A stretch of 64,000 nt of DNA. Source: Amoebidium appalachense (lineage: Eukaryota; Protista; Ichthyosporea). The number at the start of each line of letters is the position of its first letter. The stretch's first letter is position 1. The notes beneath the pieces were generated by a model. It was not told the origin of the DNA and did no database searches. It saw nothing but the letters and a program-made list of their open reading frames with translations. The DNA is taken from the NCBI GenBank assembly GCA_963693365.1, contig CAVNZM010000012.1, positions 4,206,409-4,270,408 on the forward strand, given 5' to 3'. Of the stretch, positions 43,053-64,000 are shown one piece after another. A program made the position numbers and the translations under genes.

Positions 43053-43943
43053 CTGCATACACCGGTGAAGATCGATATATATATCATGATATATCATAGT
43101 TTTCTCCTCCTTCTCAGTTTCCTGTTAAAAGAAGCCCTCTTTCTTGCTCTCCTTCTTCGCTGCCCCCCCCCCCCCCCCCCCCCCCCCCGTCCCTCTCCCC
43201 TCCCCACCCCCAATCCCCCCCCCCCCCCCCTCCCCCCTCCCCCCCTTCCCCAAATCCCCCCCCCCCCCCCCCCCCCCCAACCCCCCATCGAGTCTTTCAG
43301 TATTTGGGTCTTGCCGATTTCTTTGCTCCCGGTAAGCCTTAAAACACAACTTCTTTACTGGTGGAATTCAAGAAAAAGGATATGCAAAACGAAGGAGTGG
43401 CTGGGGATAACGGGGAGGGTGGTGATGGTGGCTGCTCCAGAACAACCGGGCGCTTAAGACAACAGCACGCAGTACGGTATTGGCCCCTGATTAAATTTTT
43501 GATTTATTGCGCACCTCAATAAAACACCAAAGTCATACCGGATCAGTATGTGTGAATTGTGGGGCTTCGGCAACCGCCTACCCTCTATTTGTACACCAGG
43601 CTCCCACAATGTTTTTTCCCATTAGATATTATTGTATTGGTTACAACGGCCATTTTACTGCCGTCTTTAGGTGGGTACCGGCCCCACAAGAGAACTATGC
43701 ACCAGCTTCAAGTAAGAGGCTTTGCCCGAAGCGAGTTCTAATTCGAATATCCACACTCCGTAGAAATGCACGTATTTCACAGAAATATACAGAGTTCCCA
43801 CCGAGGCTCTTTAGAAAGCCTCTCCGTAATATCCACACGATGATTGTATAATCATTTATACACTAGCCACACTACAAACAAGTCACCTAACAAAAACTCC
43901 TCCAGTCCTTAGCTATATAGTGGTGAAGATGTTGAAACACCGC

Positions 43944-44663
43944 TCACAGGCGCGTCTTGCGTGCGGGGGGCACCCATGTGAAGAAAGTATTCGCAGTGGT
44001 ACCCACGACCATGTCCCCGGCATTGTCCTTCCTGTTGCCACCATCGTTTCCGGGCTTCATGTCCATCGTATTCTTGACGCCAATATTCTTCATGCGGAAC
44101 GCCAGAGAATATGCCTCGGACGCAGGGCTGGAGAGCTGGTCGGCGTCGAAGTACCTATTGCCCCACTGCTCAATACGCCAGTTCTGGCCGGCAACCCACA
44201 CGGGCTTGGCCGCGGTTGACGCGCCCTGAGGCTGGGGGCAACCGCCCTCAAAGGCCTCCTGGGTTCCGGAATAGTCACAGCGGTTTGTGCGGCCGCGGGG
44301 AGGCCACTCACACTGGCAGGTCATGCGACCGTTATACCCACGGTCGTAGTGAAGCTTCATCACCTCGTTGTAAAGGTTATCATCATCGCTACCATGGCAG
44401 TGGAAGTCGTTCTTCTGGTCTGAGTTCCAGCAAGAGTATGCATTCTTGGCGCCACGGAGAGGGTCGTCGGCGGGTGTGGCCAGGGCAGTGGGCGTCCAAA
44501 GGCAGAAGAACCCCTTGTTGTTGCAGTTGATGGGGCCGGAAATCGGTGAGATGCTCAGAGGGATGGGCCACGCACCGGGGTTGCGGGGGACCTGCATGCC
44601 AGCGAAAGCAACACCAGCAAGGTTGACAGCCACAAGGGCAACGGTGGTCGAGACGGAAGACAT
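43944..44663 (-). CDS. Intronless secreted Cys-rich protein of unknown function, 239 aa
   Basis: ATG 44663 opens signal peptide MSSVSTTVALVAVNLAGVAFA. Eight Cys, Trp/Gly/Asn-rich, strong C/G third-position bias as in the NDUFS1 exons. Upstream TATA-like tataaaaagg (~44801-44810, minus strand) and TGACGTCA (44830-44837). Confidence 0.88.
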   Translation of the reverse strand: MSSVSTTVALVAVNLAGVAFAGMQVPRNPGAWPIPLSISPISGPINCNNKGFFCLWTPTALATPADDPLRGAKNAYSCWNSDQKNDFHCHGSDDDNLYNEVMKLHYDRGYNGRMTCQCEWPPRGRTNRCDYSGTQEAFEGGCPQPQGASTAAKPVWVAGQNWRIEQWGNRYFDADQLSSPASEAYSLAFRMKNIGVKNTMDMKPGNDGGNRKDNAGDMVVGTTANTFFTWVPPARKTRL

Positions 44664-46413
44664 TTTGAGAGATAGAAAGCTTGATTTGGGCCGGGGTATG
44701 GGGAAAGGCTGATGTTTCAAGTAAGATAGCACGGGATAGCAACTGCTTTGGTTTACAACCCACTGACTGCTTGTGTGGTGATGGTCGGAGCAGCCCGCGG
44801 CCTTTTTATAGATGGTGCCCAGGAACCATTGACGTCAGAGTAGACACAGTCTGGAGGAAGGAATGTGTGACAGGTGATCTGACATGTTGAACTTTTATCG
44901 CGAGGCATTCCGCTGTGCATTCCTTCGAATTCGTCAGCTTGATTGGCACACTCGTTGCACTTCGCATGTGCTCCTTTTGAAAAGCTAATCAAATAATATT
45001 GATTATGTATATACATATTTGCATAAAGGAGCCTAGGTAAAGACACATCCTAAGTATATGGCATGTTTCAGGGAAGCCCCGACCGGGGCATACCGTGAGT
45101 ACGTAGGGGGTTGGAATGTGGCACTCCGCAGCTGAGCGGCAGCTTTACTCGATTCGAAAAAAAGGATTGTTGGAATCGGAAAAGCACAGCCTTTTCCCCA
45201 AACTTGAGTTGTCGTATCGTCTACAGGTGTGGGCTGCATTAATTTATCGTCACTGGAAGAAAAACATAAAAAAAATTGCATGCGGCTGTACAACCGTAGT
45301 GTATCATACGGCGTCCCCGGTCCGTAACCGCTGCGACATTGAAAAAGAGCCAATCACAGACATGATTTCGGGGAGGATTGCGTAGTTCTTCTGATTGATG
45401 CATTCCTGGGTTAAATGAAGAGATGAGTAAATTGCTCCTATTGGTGGAAGACACAGAGCAGGATAGCAACAGTGTTCCGATTGGCGGAAAAGTATCCCAT
45501 CTGCGATAATTGCAAATAATCATCGAGTCAGAGATCTGTTCAGAGATTTGTTTCTTCCGAGCCAAAAAAGAAAGCAGCAAAGCATAAGAATTTAATATTC
45601 CACACAAAAGCGCAAATATTGACACACATCTCGCTCTTGAGAAGTGAGATTTATGTTTATATACTTCCAAGCGTGACGTGAGGCTACATAAGATGGAATA
45701 CTGCTTGGAATGTGCATGCATTCCAATCAGGAGTGAGTTTTGGCCAGCTGCAGCGCCATGGCGACGTACCGTCAGGCTGGGTGTGTGCATGTGCACATGT
45801 ATGCCTGTGTGAGCCTGTGTGACCGTCTCTATTTTCAAGACCACATGACTTACACTGTGCAAGTATATAGTTCATGCATGTACGTGTTCACGAGTGCGCT
45901 ATTTCGCCATCAACCATGCATCCCCACAAGATTCGAATTCCATACGCACACATGACGTCAACACATGGGCACTCCTTCACTGACAGAAGAGCTCACAGTG
46001 TTGAATGGGCCCGGGCGGGGGCGGGGGGCTCCGGAGGGAAGCTTCCCGGGAGGGGAGGGGAGCCCGGGGGGGGGGGAGGGGGGGGGGGGGGGGGAGGGAA
46101 AACGGGGCAGGTACTGTACACCCAGTATTCGCGAATTCAGCACTGTCCCGAGGCCCATATGCATCATTCCCTCTGATGATCTTTGTAGAAGAGGGCCAGG
46201 CTCGGCCAGCAATCTATTTCACTGCAGTCGGGAGCTCGAGGAGGGCCGGGGTTTACGGAAACACCATCATACATGTCTTAGCTAAGCTGGTTAATTTCCT
46301 CTTTGAAAGACTGGTCATGACATCCGTATCACGCCTCGCTCTCCCCAGAAAAGGGATATCTCGGAGGGGTGGGAGGAGGAAAAGAAGGAAATATATGGAT
46401 CCGGAGGAAAGAA

Positions 46414-46459
<46 letters not shown>

Positions 46460-47521
46460 AAAAAAAAAAAGGGGAGGGGGGGGGGGGGGGGGGGGGTCCT
46501 CTCCCCAAGGCCCCCGACCATCTGCAGGCATTGTCACAAATTCTTGTAAAACGGAACAGGGTGCCGTCAGGAAGCATGTACACAGGTGCCGGTGTGAATA
46601 TTTATACCAAAGGGCCAGGCTACGGAGGGGCAATTACTGTATGGATGCCGGCCGGGGCAGAACAATCCATGGCATGCTTTATTTGGATAGTGGCTACAAA
46701 CGGAAACTGAGCTACAGTAAGGAACGTGATCATGAGCCCACTACACACACATACTCGAACAGGCTGTGCTACTGGGTTAATGCGATCATTGGAGTGGTTT
46801 TTATGGACTATTTGTCAATGAGGCTGCAGCTGGGGGAGGGGGGGCCGGGGGGGGGGGGGGGGGGGGGGATATCGATGGGGGGGGGGGGGGAGAGGAGGAG
46901 GGGGGGGGGGGCGGCTTTTATAGGGCACATCACGTGGTGGAGTATGTGCACAGGCAGACAGCACGTAAAAGTTAGGTTGCCGGGGTCAAATAAGGTGCGG
47001 CACTGGTGGCAGCGCGGGGCGGGGGAGAGGGGAGAGAAGGGAGGAAGGGATTGGATATTACGGTGGAAGGAACAGTGTGGGGAGCTGGTTGAAGAGAAAG
47101 GAGATTAATATTGCATGGCAGAAATCTTAGTTTCCAATATGAACGTAACAAAAATGATTGCAGACGCGGAATTCAGTTAAGCGCGAGTGCACATGCACCT
47201 GTAGTAGCCGCTTCCATGTGAAGCACGTTCTACTAATTATGCTTATCAACTTGGCCCCCCCCCCCCCCCCCCCTCCCCCCCCCCCCCCCCGGGCCCCCCC
47301 CAATAATCTTTGGTGGTAAGCCGCATACTATTGTTAGATGTTCTATGTAGTATTGTTTGATGTTCTATGTAGTGAGTGACACACGTAAGAAACGTAACCG
47401 GTCGTCCAGTGGTGATGCCGTGCCACGGTGGGCTGGGTATGTTTGTGTGTGTTGCCACAGTGGTGTGTCTACCACCGTTCAGGCAAGTGTCCTAGCGTTG
47501 GGGTTTCGGTGTGTGTGCGCG

Positions 47522-47559
<38 letters not shown>

Positions 47560-48435
47560 CATGTGTGTGCGTGCGTGCGCGTGCGTTTGTGTGAGGAAGG
47601 GGAAGGGGGGAGGGGGAGGGGGGGGGGGGGGGGGGGGGGGCTCTTGCCCGGGGTTTGGGGTGAGATATGCCATGCGGTGGTTGTGGTGATGGTGGGGGGA
47701 GGGGGGGGGGGGGGGGGGGGGGAGGAGGATGAGGGGGGTGGGTGTATGTGCATAAACACGTAACGAGCAGGCATAGTTGCTTTGGCATGGGCAGCAGTCA
47801 CAGTACAAACATTTTGCTGCACTAGGAAACTCTAGTCTTGCTGGGTTTTTAAGGTAGCCAGACAAACATTAATGTACACACAAACTCTTGGCCTCGATGG
47901 TCGCATGTCTATAGATATTTATGATAATGATATATATATGCACTCGATCTACGCTAAACGAATGAATACTTCACGAAGATCTCTCAATATACTCCCCTCA
48001 CCCCCCCCCCCCCCCCCCCCCCCCCCCAAAGCTGTTCTCCCTTGAACATGGCACTTGCACAGGCGATTCCACACACCGGCTCAATGTTTCCGTTGGTTGT
48101 CACACATCTTCGTACGCGTACAAACTCGGCATTCGCACACATGTGCACTCTGGGTTTGTGCACGCATACAAATGCAGAAACACGTCCCACCAAGCCACAC
48201 ACCACATACTCCAACGACACGCTAACACGTTTGAATATAAAAGACACTATGCCCAAAACGAAATCTTGAGAGCTCTCTAGGCCGTGCATGCGTATCCTAG
48301 ATCTCTACACATAATATTAGCTGCCTCGCCCAACCTCGGGTCTCCATTGAAGCATGAACCTCTGCTAGGTCGTGACTGTGCCCACAGAAGCACGTGATCA
48401 GTCCGTAGCCCTCCTGCTTGAAGTTTAGAGCCTCA

Positions 48436-48773
48436 TTCAAACCTCTCTTCACTGAGTTTGAGCAACAGAGTGCTTGCCAAACATTTGAAGGCTGCTTTGA
48501 AGGCTGCGCAGCTGCCGGGGGTGTACAGGGGCGCCGGTGGCTGGCTGCCAGTGGCTGGCCGAACATTACCAAATTACGTAAAGCAAGCTTTATTATAATT
48601 GGCCAACAAAAAAGCGCGCCTTTTTGGTCCAATCATCAGCCAGACTGGGAGATTCAAATCCATTCAAACTTGTTACGCCCAACCGTTAGGCACAGCCAGT
48701 TTCACACAAGGCCTCCGAGTCCCGTTTCACAGGCAGCCGCGCGCTGGTCACAGCTGTGAGTTCGGGGCCGTTA
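48436..48773 (+). promoter_or_regulatory. G2/M-type promoter upstream of KIF15: CHR, CCAAT and MYB motifs
   Basis: TTTGAA/TTCAAA at 48436, 48484, 48496, 48653, 48663; attgg 48598 and ccaat 48629 (31 bp apart); ccgtta (TAACGG on the minus strand) at 48683 and 48768; aagcgcgcc at 48612. Confidence 0.55.
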
Positions 48774-49008
48774 CGTTGTCCGCGGCATGTCAAAGTTATT
48801 CCGGTAAAACGATTGTAATTCGAGCACAACTTATAGTTAACTGATAAGAAAACACAGATATAACATAGTAAAAGAGCTTCAGTGTTAGTGATCAGTGCGC
48901 ATCGATTAAAAGGTAGGGGTAGGCAACCACTTGCCCCCCTTCTTCCGCACAGGTCGCTAGCTTGACCAACCACAGCGATTTCGGAGTGGCAAGGCCACCA
49001 ACGAGAGG

Positions 49009-63605
<14,597 letters not shown>

Positions 63606-63790
63606 GTACGTATTGCCTTGCATGCTCACAGATGAACACAATATTAAAATGCATGCGCACACACAGACACATGCATGCACATGCACATGCTTATGCACAG
63701 AAACACACACGCGCACACGTATATGTACATGAACAGCAGAAACACAACCACATGCACTCACACATGCACTCACACATGCACACATACGCA

Positions 63791-63875
<85 letters not shown>

Positions 63876-63944
63876 GCGCGTGCACAGAAGAATCGGCGCG
63901 CACACATACACATACACACACACATTCACACTCATACATACACA

Positions 63945-63978
<34 letters not shown>

Positions 63979-64000
63979 CACAGAAGAATGGGCACGAAAC

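Noticed and set aside
44664-44732. Upstream extension of the Cys-rich ORF
   Set aside because: Non-ATG start; ATG 44663 has a good context and opens the signal peptide.
46005-47108. 367-aa ORF
   Set aside because: It is held open by homopolymer runs, with no recognisable domain or consistent splice model.

Overview
Intron-rich eukaryotic DNA, by inference from a unicellular opisthokont such as an ichthyosporean; the taxon cannot be proven from this window. Introns are saturated with poly-G/poly-C/poly-A/poly-T runs and (CA)n/(GA)n microsatellites, which produce most ORFs in the supplied track. Genes rebuilt by hand from splice sites: the 3' half of NDUFS1; an intronless PHO80/Pcl-type cyclin; a transmembrane RGS protein with two 1-nt frameshifts; an intronless tandem-PAS protein; a head-to-head pair of secreted mucin-like genes sharing an unrecognised Cys-bounded GY[DN] pentapeptide-repeat domain; a 5-exon fusion of an acyl-CoA-binding domain to a bacterial Maqu_2507/AcrA1-type fatty acyl-CoA reductase; an intronless secreted Cys-rich orphan; and a 22+ exon KIF15 kinesin running off the right end. 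Non-coding highlights: a ~530-nt heavily structured sense-strand RNA candidate in an NDUFS1 intron, a Foldback-type element with TIRs and a near-perfect 9-bp TSD, and an animal-like G2/M promoter (CHR, CCAAT, MYB) upstream of KIF15. No CRISPR, tRNA or rRNA was seen.
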